From: a virus
IMG/VR virus record: IMGVR_UViG_3300047160_015156
Location: 34,217 to 98,216 of that record
DNA length: 64,000 nucleotides
Strand: one strand, 5' to 3'
In this document: positions 48,470-58,247 of the stretch, one piece after another
Layout: the number at the start of each line of letters is the position of its first letter
Position numbering within the stretch: position 1 is the stretch's first letter
Position numbers and translations under genes: made by a program
The notes under the pieces: generated by a model
The model's input: only the letters and a program-made list of their open reading frames with translations
What the model was told of the DNA's origin: nothing
The model's database searches: none

Positions 48470-48799
48470 ATGACGAACGGTTATCTCAAGGTGGTCGGGT
48501 CGACGTTGGTGCAGAGCAAGATCGTGTCGGTGGATCCGGCGGCGACGGAAGACGGGAGCGGTGAGAAGAGCGTCGCGATCCCTGGCTTCATCAAGTACCA
48601 GGAGGTTTTCTTCTTCGACAATCGCAACCCGGAGTCGGTCAAGCGCGCACTCACGGCGGCGCAGGAGTACATCGCGAAGCACCAACGGAACAAGATGCTC
48701 GCGCGTCTCTCCGTCTTCAATCCCCCGGCGTTCGATGGCCTATGGTCCGGCATCTCCCATGTCGGCCAGGGCATCGGCTTCGGCGGTGACGCCTCGTGA
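48470..48799 (+). CDS. hypothetical protein
   Basis: ATG 8 nt after GCGGCATC. Confidence 0.6.
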   Translation: MTNGYLKVVGSTLVQSKIVSVDPAATEDGSGEKSVAIPGFIKYQEVFFFDNRNPESVKRALTAAQEYIAKHQRNKMLARLSVFNPPAFDGLWSGISHVGQGIGFGGDAS

Positions 48800-49410
48800 A
48801 GAGCTGGTTCAACCCGGAAGCGCTGGATGTCGTACGGCGCGAATCCGCGGAATGGAAGAAGCGGGCTCTCATCGCGGAGGGGAAGCTCGCGGGCTACCAG
48901 CGCCTCCGCGCGATCAGCGAAACCATCATCGCCGCGGTTGTCCAAGGCGATCCGAAGAAGCGCATCGCGGCAACGAACGAGCTCTCCGACGAGCTCGCGG
49001 CCCTCGATGTCGTCGACGTCCCGCACGACTTCTATAACCAGATCGTGGAGCTCTCCGATGAGCTTCAGATCCGGGTGCGGTCGCGCGCGGGACTCGGCCA
49101 CTGCTCAACCCTGGACGTCGAAAACAGCATCATCGAGGTCGAGGCACTCCAGCCGGAAGACGGCAAGGCCATCGGCCTCATGTACCAGTGCTTTCAGGTC
49201 GCCGACATCATCACGGCCCAACTGAACGAGACGGAGCCGCAGCTCCAATCCGACTACCTCCACATCCTCGTGCCGATGTTCCTGTCCCTGACCTCGGCGC
49301 TCGGACTCCTTCACGAGCGCATGAACATCACCCCCGCGAGCATCGAGGCCTACGTGACCACGCTCCCGAACGAGGAAGACAGGGAAGCGGCATCGTACGC
49401 GGATGACTGA
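48796..49410 (+). CDS. hypothetical protein
   Basis: GTGA overlap. Confidence 0.55.
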   Translation: MKSWFNPEALDVVRRESAEWKKRALIAEGKLAGYQRLRAISETIIAAVVQGDPKKRIAATNELSDELAALDVVDVPHDFYNQIVELSDELQIRVRSRAGLGHCSTLDVENSIIEVEALQPEDGKAIGLMYQCFQVADIITAQLNETEPQLQSDYLHILVPMFLSLTSALGLLHERMNITPASIEAYVTTLPNEEDREAASYADD

Positions 49411-49834
49411 GATGGAGCAGCGAGTCTTCTCGAAGACCGAGCTCGCGTTCTTCGCCGTCCCCCGCACCTGGCGGGAGATAGAGATGCGGTTCGGTCAGGA
49501 AGCAAAAACGGAGCCCTTCCGGGACACGATCATCCTCGCCGACGACGAAGGCGGGAGCGGGATGCTGCATTACATGTACCCGGAAGGGCAGTGGGTGCTC
49601 ACGGACCAGGGGAAGAAAGAGTGTGGAGCTCGAGTCATCGCGAGGGAGCTCCGCATCTACCCCGATTCCCGCGAGCAGGAGGCCGCAGGCGAGACTTTCA
49701 ACGAGGCGATGATGGTCGATGCCTTCTCCTCTCTTCTCGAGGCTCCTGGCCCGATTCGCGCGCCGGCGGTCGAGACTGAGGATGACGAACTCGCGCGGCT
49801 CATTGCCGAGCAAGAGGATGACGATGATTCCTGA
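49403..49834 (+). CDS. hypothetical acidic protein
   Basis: ATG 8 nt after GCGGCATC. Confidence 0.55.
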   Translation: MTEMEQRVFSKTELAFFAVPRTWREIEMRFGQEAKTEPFRDTIILADDEGGSGMLHYMYPEGQWVLTDQGKKECGARVIARELRIYPDSREQEAAGETFNEAMMVDAFSSLLEAPGPIRAPAVETEDDELARLIAEQEDDDDS

Positions 49835-49852
49835 CAATGGCATGCTACGCGC

Positions 49853-50311
49853 ATGTCCTGTTGCTCGTCGTGCGGGAACGATCCGTGTCCGGGGACCTTC
49901 GGTTGTCCTCCGCTCGAGGACTGCGATGACGTGGACGCGAAGCGGGGCTTTCGGAAGCATCGCCCCTTCACGCGCGGGGACACGATCACCATCGACTTCG
50001 ACCTCCGCGACCCCTTCTCCGGACAGGCGCCGGATGTCGGGAGCTCTCAGGTGTGGTTCACGATCAAGGCGAATCTCGCCGATGCCGACCTGAACGCGGT
50101 CTTTCAAGGCACCATCCTCAGCGCAGACATCACCCCTCTCGGGGGACCTCGCGTGCGGGTGACGGTGCCGGCGACGGTGACGGCGATGGCGTGTCTCGAT
50201 GGGAAGACCAGGCTCTACTACGACCTCCAAGTGTCCTATGCCGGCCGGGTGTGGACTCAGGAGAAGGGGATCTTCGTCATCGATCCCGATGTGACCCGAG
50301 CCACGTCGTGA
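49853..50311 (+). CDS. BppU-N-like structural/adaptor protein
   Basis: RGDT...VWFTIK...YYDLQV...G.F.I.PDVTR. Confidence 0.7.
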   Translation: MSCCSSCGNDPCPGTFGCPPLEDCDDVDAKRGFRKHRPFTRGDTITIDFDLRDPFSGQAPDVGSSQVWFTIKANLADADLNAVFQGTILSADITPLGGPRVRVTVPATVTAMACLDGKTRLYYDLQVSYAGRVWTQEKGIFVIDPDVTRATS

Positions 50312-50507
50312 GCTGCAAGCACTTCGTTTGCCCTGACTGCGGGCGGAAGTGCATCCGCATCGAAAAACACGAGGCCCACGCGTGCTTCGTCTGCGATCGC
50401 TGGCTCGAGGGCGTGTGTCCTGACCCCTGGTGCCCGCGCTGTACAACACGTCCCGAGCGCCCTTCGAAGGTTGGCACGTTCGACTGACCGCGGTCCATCC
50501 TCGTGGG

Positions 50508-52250
50508 ATGATGTCCTACAACCCTAACGATCCCGAGCATGTCCAGGCGCTCGGGAAGATCATGCTCCTGAAAGCGGAGAAGGCGCGGCTTCATCCGGCG
50601 GACTTCATCGAATTCGTGATGCGCGAGGAAACGACGCGTCGCCCCGTTCGCTGCGCCCCCCACCAACGCATCGGGTTGGACTTCGTTCTCGCTCACTCGA
50701 GCTCGGTCCTCATCTGGCCCGCGGGCGCGGCGAAAACCTACACCATCGTCGCCCTCATCCTCTGGCTCCTCGGCAAGAATCCGACGAAGCGGTGGGTCAT
50801 CTTCAGCAAGACTCAGGCGCAGTCGAAGAAGATCCTTGCGGCGGTGAAGGACTACATCGAGACCTCGGCGGAGCTCCGCCTCGTGTTCCCGAACCTCAAG
50901 CCGTCCGACCACGACTCTTGGCGCCAGGACCGCATCATCATCGAACGCCCCCGCGGCATCCGAGACGCCTCGGTTCAGGCATGTGGACTCGACCACGCGA
51001 TCCAGGGGTCGCGACTCGACGGCATCATCATCGACGACTGCGTCGATGACGAGAACACCCAGACCATCGACCGGCGGAAGAGCACCATCGACACGATCGA
51101 AGCCGCTCTCTCACGTGTCGAGGCGGGCGGCATGTCGTGTGCCATGAACACGGCCTGGCATCCGGAGGACGCGATTCACTACCTCGCCGACCCCAAGAAA
51201 AAGGGGTGGGCGACGCTGAAGATGCACATCACCGGGGACATCCTCATCGATGATGACGCGCGCCGTCTCGCGGCGGGGATCCCACCTTGGGATCACGAGC
51301 TCCTTCGCCCCAAGTACGAGAGTGGCGCCGACTTGGCATGTCGCATCCTCCGCGCCGGCATCGCTGACCCCAACAACGATGTCCCCCTCTTTCCCGAACG
51401 CTTCTTCTACTCGGAGGTGGAGATGCCGGACGGGACCAAGCGCGGCCCGGCGAAGACCATGGACGAGGCCATCGAGCTCGCGCGCATCGACATCGAAAAC
51501 AAGATCTACAAGTACCGCGCGGCCCCTGGCATGTTCGCGAAGTTCTTCATGGCGAACCCGCGCTCGAACGATGACGCGTGGTGCAAGGACGAGTGGATCG
51601 AGAAGTGCAAGCGCGCGGCGCGCGATCTCGGGTTCTTCGAGCTCGTGGAGCGCACCAGGATGGTCAGTGCCACGGGGCAGCGGCCGCGCGGGAATCCCAC
51701 GTTCACGGGCGTCGACTTGGCCGTGTCACCGAACGAGACCTCGGACGATACGTGCTTCTTCACCTTCGAAGTTCTGCAAGATGGCCGGCGGCGGATCCTC
51801 GACATCGACGTGGGGAAGTTCGATGCCGCGCAGATCATCCGGAAGTGCATTGAGAAGCACGAAAAGTACGACTCGGTGATCCGCATTGAGAGCAACGCGG
51901 CTCAGGACTACATCCGGCAGATCACTCTCCAGGTGGACCAGCTCATCCCCATCAAACCGCACATGACGGGACGGGCGAAGGCGCATCCCGAGCACGGCAT
52001 TCCCGCGGGCTTTGCCGAGATGGAGAACGGGGCATGGCTCATCCCGAACGACCGCTTCGGGAACGTGCACCCGAACGTCCAGCGCTGGATCGACGAATGC
52101 CGATACTACACGCCGGCGAAGCACACCGGTGACTGTCTCATGGCCTGGTACTTCGCCCGCGAGCAAGCGAAGGAATGGGGTCTGTTGGCGCCTCGCAAAG
52201 GCAGCGATCGGAGCGACGTCGGGTTCGCGGCATCATTGATGTCACGGTGA
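50508..52250 (+). CDS. terL: terminase large subunit
   Basis: APHQ, Walker-A-like PAGAAKT, IQGSRLDGIIIDD, NTAWHPED, RNase H GVDLA, IESNAAQ, HTGDCLMA. Confidence 0.9.
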   Translation: MMSYNPNDPEHVQALGKIMLLKAEKARLHPADFIEFVMREETTRRPVRCAPHQRIGLDFVLAHSSSVLIWPAGAAKTYTIVALILWLLGKNPTKRWVIFSKTQAQSKKILAAVKDYIETSAELRLVFPNLKPSDHDSWRQDRIIIERPRGIRDASVQACGLDHAIQGSRLDGIIIDDCVDDENTQTIDRRKSTIDTIEAALSRVEAGGMSCAMNTAWHPEDAIHYLADPKKKGWATLKMHITGDILIDDDARRLAAGIPPWDHELLRPKYESGADLACRILRAGIADPNNDVPLFPERFFYSEVEMPDGTKRGPAKTMDEAIELARIDIENKIYKYRAAPGMFAKFFMANPRSNDDAWCKDEWIEKCKRAARDLGFFELVERTRMVSATGQRPRGNPTFTGVDLAVSPNETSDDTCFFTFEVLQDGRRRILDIDVGKFDAAQIIRKCIEKHEKYDSVIRIESNAAQDYIRQITLQVDQLIPIKPHMTGRAKAHPEHGIPAGFAEMENGAWLIPNDRFGNVHPNVQRWIDECRYYTPAKHTGDCLMAWYFAREQAKEWGLLAPRKGSDRSDVGFAASLMSR

Positions 52251-52328
52251 TCGTTGGGCTGACACCGCGCGTCATGGCACGGTTATCCACACCCGAGCAG
52301 GATCCTACGTATAGGAGGACGTCCCCTC

Positions 52329-52781
52329 ATGGCTGCTCGTTCCGTGCGCGCGAACCGTGAGATCGATGTCCGGTACGCGTTCAAGCGCGTGAAGGGGAAG
52401 AAGCAACCCGATCGCTCCTGGGTGTGGATCCCGCGGCTCAAGGTCTGCGGACAGGTCTACCGCGTCGTGGTCGATCCGGACCTCGAGCTCGAGGGGTCGT
52501 GCGAGTACATCACTGGCGAGATCAGGCTTCGTGAGATGCCTGCGACACGGCGCATGCTGGACACGCTCGTGCACGAGATCATCCATGCCATCCTCGATGC
52601 CTGTGGGATGGGATGGCAGATCCGGCAGCGGCTCAAGATGACGCAAGCTCAGTGGCGGGCATTCGAGGAAGACTTCATCGTTCGCCCTATGACGCCCGCA
52701 CTTTTGGTGACGTTGGAGGAGGCGGGTTGGCTCGCTCTCCCCAAGTTGCCCACAAGGCGCGCGGGAAAGCGGCATCGGTAG
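52329..52781 (+). CDS. HExxH metallopeptidase-like protein
   Basis: DTLVHEIIHAI. Confidence 0.7.
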   Translation: MAARSVRANREIDVRYAFKRVKGKKQPDRSWVWIPRLKVCGQVYRVVVDPDLELEGSCEYITGEIRLREMPATRRMLDTLVHEIIHAILDACGMGWQIRQRLKMTQAQWRAFEEDFIVRPMTPALLVTLEEAGWLALPKLPTRRAGKRHR

Positions 52782-52785
52782 TTCC

Positions 52786-53994
52786 ATGAGCCACAACCGT
52801 TGGCGGAACGTCCCTTGGTCAGAGGCGGATGAGAAGAAGCTCGTACGAGCTGTGGACAAGGCGTCGTCGAAGGAAGAGGCGTTGCGGCTCGTCCAGCTCG
52901 CGATCCCGGATCGAAAGCCCACTCTCTGCGCCATCAACAACGTCCTCCGTCGCTTGAATCTGCCCTCGCTCCACACCCGTCTGAGCGCGAAAGAGCGGGC
53001 CGTGGGCAAGTCCGACCAGGATGCCGAGCTCGCTCAGTTCGTTTCGATCGCGAAAAACGGGTACACGCTCGAGGAGCTCTGCGACAAGGTCGACGCCTCG
53101 CCCAAGAAGGTCCGGGCGATGGTCGAGGCCGCGAAGGCGAGCGGCTACCGGATCGACTTCAAGGCGGGGAGCATCGGCTACGTCCCCCACCAACCGCTGC
53201 GCTCGGAGAAGAAGCTCATTGCGCAGCCGGGAGACCCGGAGTGTTTCGGCGTCATCTCCGATCTCCACATCGGGTCGAAGTTCTGTCTCGAGGATCAACT
53301 CCGGGACTTCATCATCCGCGCGCACAAGGAGGACGGTGTCCGGCAATTCTTCCTCCCGGGGGACAACCTCGATGGGTGCTACCGGCACTCGAAGTGGGAG
53401 GAGGCCCAACATGGGTTCACGCCGCAGGCGGAACGCATGGCGAAGGTACTCCCGAGCAAAAAACAGGACGGAGTGGATGTCCGATACGCGGGGATTATCG
53501 GCAACCACGATGAGACTTTCGAAAAGGATTCAGGCCTCGATGTCTGCCGAGCCACGGAAGATGTCTTTCGGCGCGCCGGCCGTGACGATCTTCAGCTCTA
53601 CGGAGCTCGAGGAGCCTATCTCCGATACGCGCCTAAGGGTGGTCGCGGCGTCCTCGTAGAGCTCTGGCACCCCCTTGGCGGCGGCGCATATGCCGTTTCC
53701 TACAAGCTTCAACGACACGTAGAAGAGTACGGCATCGGACAGAAGGCAGACATCTTGCTGACTGGACATTGGCACCAACAGTGTTACATCGTGAGGCGAG
53801 GAGTTCACGCTTTCTCGTGTGGGACTTTCCACGGCGGTGGCTCCTCTTTCGGGAAAGCATTGGGAGGCGCGCAGGCGATTGGCGGATGGGTGATCCGGTA
53901 CAGGCAAACCAAGGAGGGGACAATTCGGGATCTGACCCCGACTTGGAGGGGGTATTACGAGACGGAGAGAATCCGCAACATGGGATTGGGCTGA
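52786..53994 (+). CDS. HTH + calcineurin-like metallophosphoesterase
   Basis: SDLHIGS, GDNLDG, GNHD, HP, GHWH. Confidence 0.85.
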   Translation: MSHNRWRNVPWSEADEKKLVRAVDKASSKEEALRLVQLAIPDRKPTLCAINNVLRRLNLPSLHTRLSAKERAVGKSDQDAELAQFVSIAKNGYTLEELCDKVDASPKKVRAMVEAAKASGYRIDFKAGSIGYVPHQPLRSEKKLIAQPGDPECFGVISDLHIGSKFCLEDQLRDFIIRAHKEDGVRQFFLPGDNLDGCYRHSKWEEAQHGFTPQAERMAKVLPSKKQDGVDVRYAGIIGNHDETFEKDSGLDVCRATEDVFRRAGRDDLQLYGARGAYLRYAPKGGRGVLVELWHPLGGGAYAVSYKLQRHVEEYGIGQKADILLTGHWHQQCYIVRRGVHAFSCGTFHGGGSSFGKALGGAQAIGGWVIRYRQTKEGTIRDLTPTWRGYYETERIRNMGLG

Positions 53995-54566
53995 AGGTCT
54001 GTAGGACCTGCGGGAGAGGTCTTGAACGTTCGGCCTTCGTCGCTGCTTTGAGGTCGAATGATGGCCTCCGGGGTTCATGCAAGGAGTGTCACGCGGCGAA
54101 GATGAGGGAACGGTATCGCACCGTTCCTGGCGTCAAGGAGCGGTTGAGGCAAACGTGTTCAGCATGGCGCAAAGCGAATCCCGAACGTCGCAAAGAGACC
54201 GATCGCGAGCGGTATTACAGCGACTACCAGAAGACGAAGTTTCGGCAGATTCGAAGGAAGTGCATGTACGAGGGCATTCCGTTCGACTTGGAACTCGAGG
54301 ACTTCGAGATTCCGAAACGATGTCCCGTGCTCGGAATTCCATTGGTGGTGAATCGGCAACGGGGGAGGCGACCGGACGGTATACCCTCGGTGGATCGCAT
54401 CGATCCGACGAAGGGCTACGTGAAGGGGAATGTGAAGATCATCTCCGAGCGAGCGAATCGCTTGAAACAGGATGCTTCGCTCGAGGAACTCGAGGCGTTG
54501 GTTCGTTACGTCTCTGGCTCTTCGGGGACGCGGATCCGTGGGACGAAGCGGCGACTGCGTTCATGA
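53991..54566 (+). CDS. HNH-type endonuclease (start uncertain)
   Basis: CRTC...CKEC; CPVLGIPL...PSVDRIDPTKGYVKGNVKIISERANRLK. Confidence 0.75.
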   Translation: MKVCRTCGRGLERSAFVAALRSNDGLRGSCKECHAAKMRERYRTVPGVKERLRQTCSAWRKANPERRKETDRERYYSDYQKTKFRQIRRKCMYEGIPFDLELEDFEIPKRCPVLGIPLVVNRQRGRRPDGIPSVDRIDPTKGYVKGNVKIISERANRLKQDASLEELEALVRYVSGSSGTRIRGTKRRLRS

Positions 54567-54643
54567 CGATGATGGTCGGGATATGTGTGATGGAGATCGC
54601 GTTTCGGATCATCTTCGGTCTCTGACGCGGCATCCTCGGGGGC

Positions 54644-55153
54644 ATGGACATTCTGAAGAAGTTGCTACGCTCCTCCACTCCTACACCGGCGGTCGCTTCG
54701 ACGATGGCAAAGTCCGCGACGGATGACGTCAAGGAGCTCACGCCGGACGAAGCCAAGGCCCTTCTCACGAAGCACAAGCGCAAGGCCGCTGACATCCTGA
54801 ACACGCTCTCGTCGGAGGCGCGCGAAGAGATCAAGCGCCTCGTGCTCTCGAGGGGGCAGAACCGTTACACGCGGCGGGCGACGCAAGCTATCATCCGCCG
54901 CGACTACCGCGACCAGGCTCGGCAACAGCTCCGATGGACCATCAGGTCCGAGGCGAGGGAGGCGCGCGAGGAGGAGCTCTGGCTTCGCTTCGAGAAGCGC
55001 CACGAACGGGGTATCTATCGCCCCCTACCAGGGATGCCCTTCCTCGCCTATCAGCGCATCCTCGGGCTCTACGGGCGCGCGGAATCGGTGAAGTTGGGGG
55101 GAGAGGTGATCGAGGGTTCGGAGGGCGCGCTCGTTCGCGTCTCCCCTCGATGA
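54644..55153 (+). CDS. hypothetical protein
   Basis: ATG 9 nt after GCGGCATC. Confidence 0.6.
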   Translation: MDILKKLLRSSTPTPAVASTMAKSATDDVKELTPDEAKALLTKHKRKAADILNTLSSEAREEIKRLVLSRGQNRYTRRATQAIIRRDYRDQARQQLRWTIRSEAREAREEELWLRFEKRHERGIYRPLPGMPFLAYQRILGLYGRAESVKLGGEVIEGSEGALVRVSPR

Positions 55154-55431
55154 CGCCGTCTGACGAGCACATCCTGAAAGAAGCGATCGAGGTCGAGGCT
55201 CAACGCGCGAACATGGCGACGCTCGAAGCTGAGAGGTGGAAGCGGACAGCGGCGAAGACGGAGGACCTCCTCGCGCGTTGCCGTGACGCCATCGACTTCC
55301 ACCGGAAGCGCGCGTTCGATCTCGAGTGCGAAAAGGACGAGCTCACCCACAAGTATTGCGACCTCGTGAACCAACGCGACGACCTCCTCTCACAAGTGGT
55401 GTGGTTGGAACAGACAATCCTCGGACCGTAG
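55150..55431 (+). CDS. hypothetical coiled-coil protein
   Basis: ATGA overlap. Confidence 0.55.
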   Translation: MTPSDEHILKEAIEVEAQRANMATLEAERWKRTAAKTEDLLARCRDAIDFHRKRAFDLECEKDELTHKYCDLVNQRDDLLSQVVWLEQTILGP

Positions 55432-55440
55432 ACTCCGGGC

Positions 55441-55701
55441 ATGAGCGTCAAGAGCTGGGCACGCGGCGGCGACGGCATTCCTGAGGACAAGCTGATTGCC
55501 CCGGGAGCGCTCCTTCCCAAGGGCCATCGTCCTGGGATGAAGGTTCCCGAGGGGGGAGCGTCGTGCGCCACGTGCCGGCATCGCCGGGGGAACGATTGCG
55601 ACGAGCCGAACTTTCAACGGTGGAACGGTTCCGAGGCAATCCCCGGCGGTGACCCCGCTCGATACTGTTCCGATTGGTATGAACCCGAAGAAAAAGAATG
55701 A
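55441..55701 (+). CDS. small four-Cys protein (HiPIP-like spacing)
   Basis: CATC...C...YCSDWY. Confidence 0.55.
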   Translation: MSVKSWARGGDGIPEDKLIAPGALLPKGHRPGMKVPEGGASCATCRHRRGNDCDEPNFQRWNGSEAIPGGDPARYCSDWYEPEEKE

Positions 55702-55777
55702 TCAGAGACGCAGATGAGACCTGACTCCTCTTCGAAAAGGAGTAACTTGATGAGTGTCGGGAGTGAGGAACTCCCGG

Positions 55778-55875
55778 GGAGTGGGTCTGGAAGAAGGGCG
55801 TCCCTTTGGGGATTGCGGGCGAGAAGCCCGGAGGTTTGCAGCCTGCCCCCGCGGTTCGATTCCGTGGTCACTCTA
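55778..55875 (+). ncRNA. aberrant tRNA-like element (possible anticodon TGC) with an expanded D region
   Basis: GGAGTGG/TCACTCT acceptor-like stem; T arm CGCGG-TTCGATT-CCGTG; AGG-TTTGCAG-CCT. Confidence 0.4.
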
Positions 55876-55876
55876 T

Positions 55877-55946
55877 CTCCTCGGCAGTGGATGCACGCGG
55901 GTCTACGAAACCCGCTGACCAGGTTCGACCCCTGGCGGGGAGACTA
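55877..55946 (+). tRNA. tRNA-Arg(ACG)-like with reduced D arm
   Basis: Acceptor CTCCTCG/CGGGGAG; anticodon arm GCGGGT-CTACGAA-ACCCGC; T arm CCAGG-TTCGACC-CCTGG. Confidence 0.65.
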
Positions 55947-55982
55947 AGGGGAGCGCGGAGCTCCCGGGGAGCGGAGGACGCG

Positions 55983-56405
55983 ATGGGTACGACGATCAGG
56001 ACCGCGACGGGTTGGCAAGCCAAGTTCGCCGGCGCGCTCTACGCCGCTGCCACCAAGGCCGGCGTCGGCGGTCTCGAGGACCTCGAGTGGGAGGGGGTCA
56101 CCACTGATGCCACCTGGGGCGACCGCTGCGGTCTCGTCTTCTTCGGAGCGACCCCCGAGGTCAACGAGCGCGCGGCCATGTTCTTCGTGGCTTGGGCGGG
56201 GAAGAACCTTCGGAAGCTCGGCATCGTCGGCGGCTACCAGACTCAGGAATCGATCTCCTTTGCCGGCGAGTTCACGTTCACCCGCTTCGCCAACGGAGCC
56301 AAGGGATGGCACCGAACCCGCGGGGAATACACCGGATCGACGGAGCTCCTCGAGACCTTCAAGGGCTTCGCGACCTCCTACGTCTACTACCCTTGCGCGG
56401 ACTGA
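55983..56405 (+). CDS. early hypothetical protein
   Basis: Follows the module hairpin and GGAGGAC RBS. Confidence 0.7.
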   Translation: MGTTIRTATGWQAKFAGALYAAATKAGVGGLEDLEWEGVTTDATWGDRCGLVFFGATPEVNERAAMFFVAWAGKNLRKLGIVGGYQTQESISFAGEFTFTRFANGAKGWHRTRGEYTGSTELLETFKGFATSYVYYPCAD

Positions 56406-56407
56406 CC

Positions 56408-56527
56408 GTGAGCAAGGTCAGGAAACTCGAGGAACGGTACGCGGCTGCAGTGGCCGCTCGCGATTGGGAGCTTGCGAAAAAGCTCCTTCGGAAGTATCTC
56501 CGGGCCCAAGCAAAAAAGTATCGCTGA
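56408..56527 (+). CDS. 39-aa basic peptide
   Basis: GTG after the upstream stop; UVR-like helix. Confidence 0.4.
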   Translation: MSKVRKLEERYAAAVAARDWELAKKLLRKYLRAQAKKYR

Positions 56528-56615
56528 GACGCTCATGAGACGTGATCCCTCCTGAGAAAGGACTAGGATGATGAGTGTCGGGAGTGAGGAACTCCCGGGG
56601 AGCCGGAGGACGGTC

Positions 56616-56699
56616 ATGAAGAAGCAGGCTTGGCAGGTGCGGTGGGAGCTCGAGGTTGCGGCTAAGAAGTTCGCCGCTGCGCGCGGTTGGGAGGTGTGA
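56616..56699 (+). CDS. 27-aa peptide directly behind a module RBS
   Basis: GGAGGACGGTC-ATG; MKKQAWQVRWELEVAAKKFAAARGWEV. Confidence 0.55.
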   Translation: MKKQAWQVRWELEVAAKKFAAARGWEV

Positions 56700-56700
56700 G

Positions 56701-56940
56701 ATGGGGGAGGAGAAGGAGAAGGAGATGGTGACGTTCGAGGAGCTTCGTCCGGGGATGAAGCTCGAAAACAAGGCGTGCCGGTGGGAGATATTGGGAGTTC
56801 CCAAGCTCCATTCCGTGCATCCGCAGTGGGGAGTGCAGCTCTCGGTGCGAGCTCGCTGCGAGTTCAAGGCGGCATCGTACCCCGCCAAGGAAGTGGATCT
56901 GAAGGGGTACGTTTCGGAGGAGTTGGAGGTATCGCTATGA
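56701..56940 (+). CDS. early hypothetical protein
   Basis: GGAGGT RBS. Confidence 0.55.
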   Translation: MGEEKEKEMVTFEELRPGMKLENKACRWEILGVPKLHSVHPQWGVQLSVRARCEFKAASYPAKEVDLKGYVSEELEVSL

Positions 56941-57215
56941 GTGTCGAAGGGAAGACCGAATTCGAAACCGAGCTCGAGGCCATCGTCCAAGACAGGACGG
57001 TGCGCGTCGAGATCGAGCAGGGAGGAGCGATGCTTCGTCGCCTCGAGCGTGGAGACGAGCTCGCGCGTGGTCGGTTCAAGTCGAAGACGTTCCCGTGCGT
57101 CGGGCGTGGTCGTTTTCGCGATCGTTGAGACGCACAAGAGACGTGATCCGTCCTTCGGAAGTGCTACTTTCAAGGTGTGTCGGGCGAGGAGCCCGGCGGA
57201 ACCGGAGGACGGGTC

Positions 57216-57464
57216 ATGGCGAGCAAGCGTGAGGCGGTGGCGGTCGAGGTGCTCCAGGCCGGTGGGTACTTTCGCAAGGCCCTCGAGCAGACCTACATGG
57301 GGGAGAAGTTCTGCGTTCGGCTTCGCACCGCGACGGGCGGGGTCGTGAAGGGGGTGGGTTTCGCGACCCTCGAGAAGTTCCTCCAGGAGGGGAAGCTCGT
57401 TCGTCGGGAGGTCCCGAGGAGCTCCGCGTGGGGCCAGGAGTGGGGTTGGAAGGAGGCGGCGTGA
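57216..57464 (+). CDS. early hypothetical protein
   Basis: Module RBS. Confidence 0.65.
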   Translation: MASKREAVAVEVLQAGGYFRKALEQTYMGEKFCVRLRTATGGVVKGVGFATLEKFLQEGKLVRREVPRSSAWGQEWGWKEAA

Positions 57465-57724
57465 AGTACTCCGGCAAGCCAGCGAGGCGCACCCCCGGGT
57501 GGCCAACGAAGGACGGGAAGCCGGCGACGGAGGTGGAGATCCGGGAGTTCATCGCCAAGGTCGAGGCCCACTACATGGGACCGATCGAGCCGACACGTCC
57601 CCACTTCTGCCACCGTTGCACCATGCCTCTGGAGTTCGAGCCCTGCCCCGTGTGTTGGGGCTGTCACTTCAAGGGCAAGATCGCCGACCTCAGAATTCTT
57701 CTCGGAGACGTCAAAGAGACGTGA
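57461..57724 (+). CDS. small zinc-finger protein
   Basis: CHRC...CPVC; GTGA overlap. Confidence 0.55.
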   Translation: MKYSGKPARRTPGWPTKDGKPATEVEIREFIAKVEAHYMGPIEPTRPHFCHRCTMPLEFEPCPVCWGCHFKGKIADLRILLGDVKET

Positions 57725-57793
57725 TCCGTTCGAGGGATGAGCTACTTTGAGAATCGTGGGAGCGAGGAGCTCCCCGGAAAGACGGAGGACGTC

Positions 57794-58243
57794 GTGAAAA
57801 AGGCCGTGAGCATCGAGATCGACCGGTGGGAGGGGACGGAGACTCAGGTGGGTGCGCAGACCGTCACGGGTCTGAAGGTGTGGCAGAAGGCAAACAACGT
57901 TCTCTTCGCGATCGCGCTCACGGTCGAGGGTGGGTACGACAAGTGCGGGTTCACCGTGACCTTCGACGACGGCGACACCTACGAGGGTCGGATCGACGTC
58001 TACCCCTGCGGTGAGGGGAAGAACGAGACGCTCGAGGAGCACATTCGCTTACACTGTCTCTTTCACACGGGCCAGGCGTCGGCACCGTGGATGGGGAAGA
58101 AGCGGTACCGCGAGTTTCTCAAAGCCGTTGTGAAGCCTGCGCAACATGAGGCGCTCATGGCGATCCTCGAGACGTGCAAGCTCGGTGACGACTTGGAAGA
58201 GGTAAGCGCACAAGAGGCTTGGATCAAGGCGATGGGAGGGTGA
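57794..58243 (+). CDS. LPD25-like early protein
   Basis: GGYDKCGFTVTFDDGDTYEGRIDV. Confidence 0.6.
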   Translation: MKKAVSIEIDRWEGTETQVGAQTVTGLKVWQKANNVLFAIALTVEGGYDKCGFTVTFDDGDTYEGRIDVYPCGEGKNETLEEHIRLHCLFHTGQASAPWMGKKRYREFLKAVVKPAQHEALMAILETCKLGDDLEEVSAQEAWIKAMGG

Positions 58244-58247
58244 GGCG

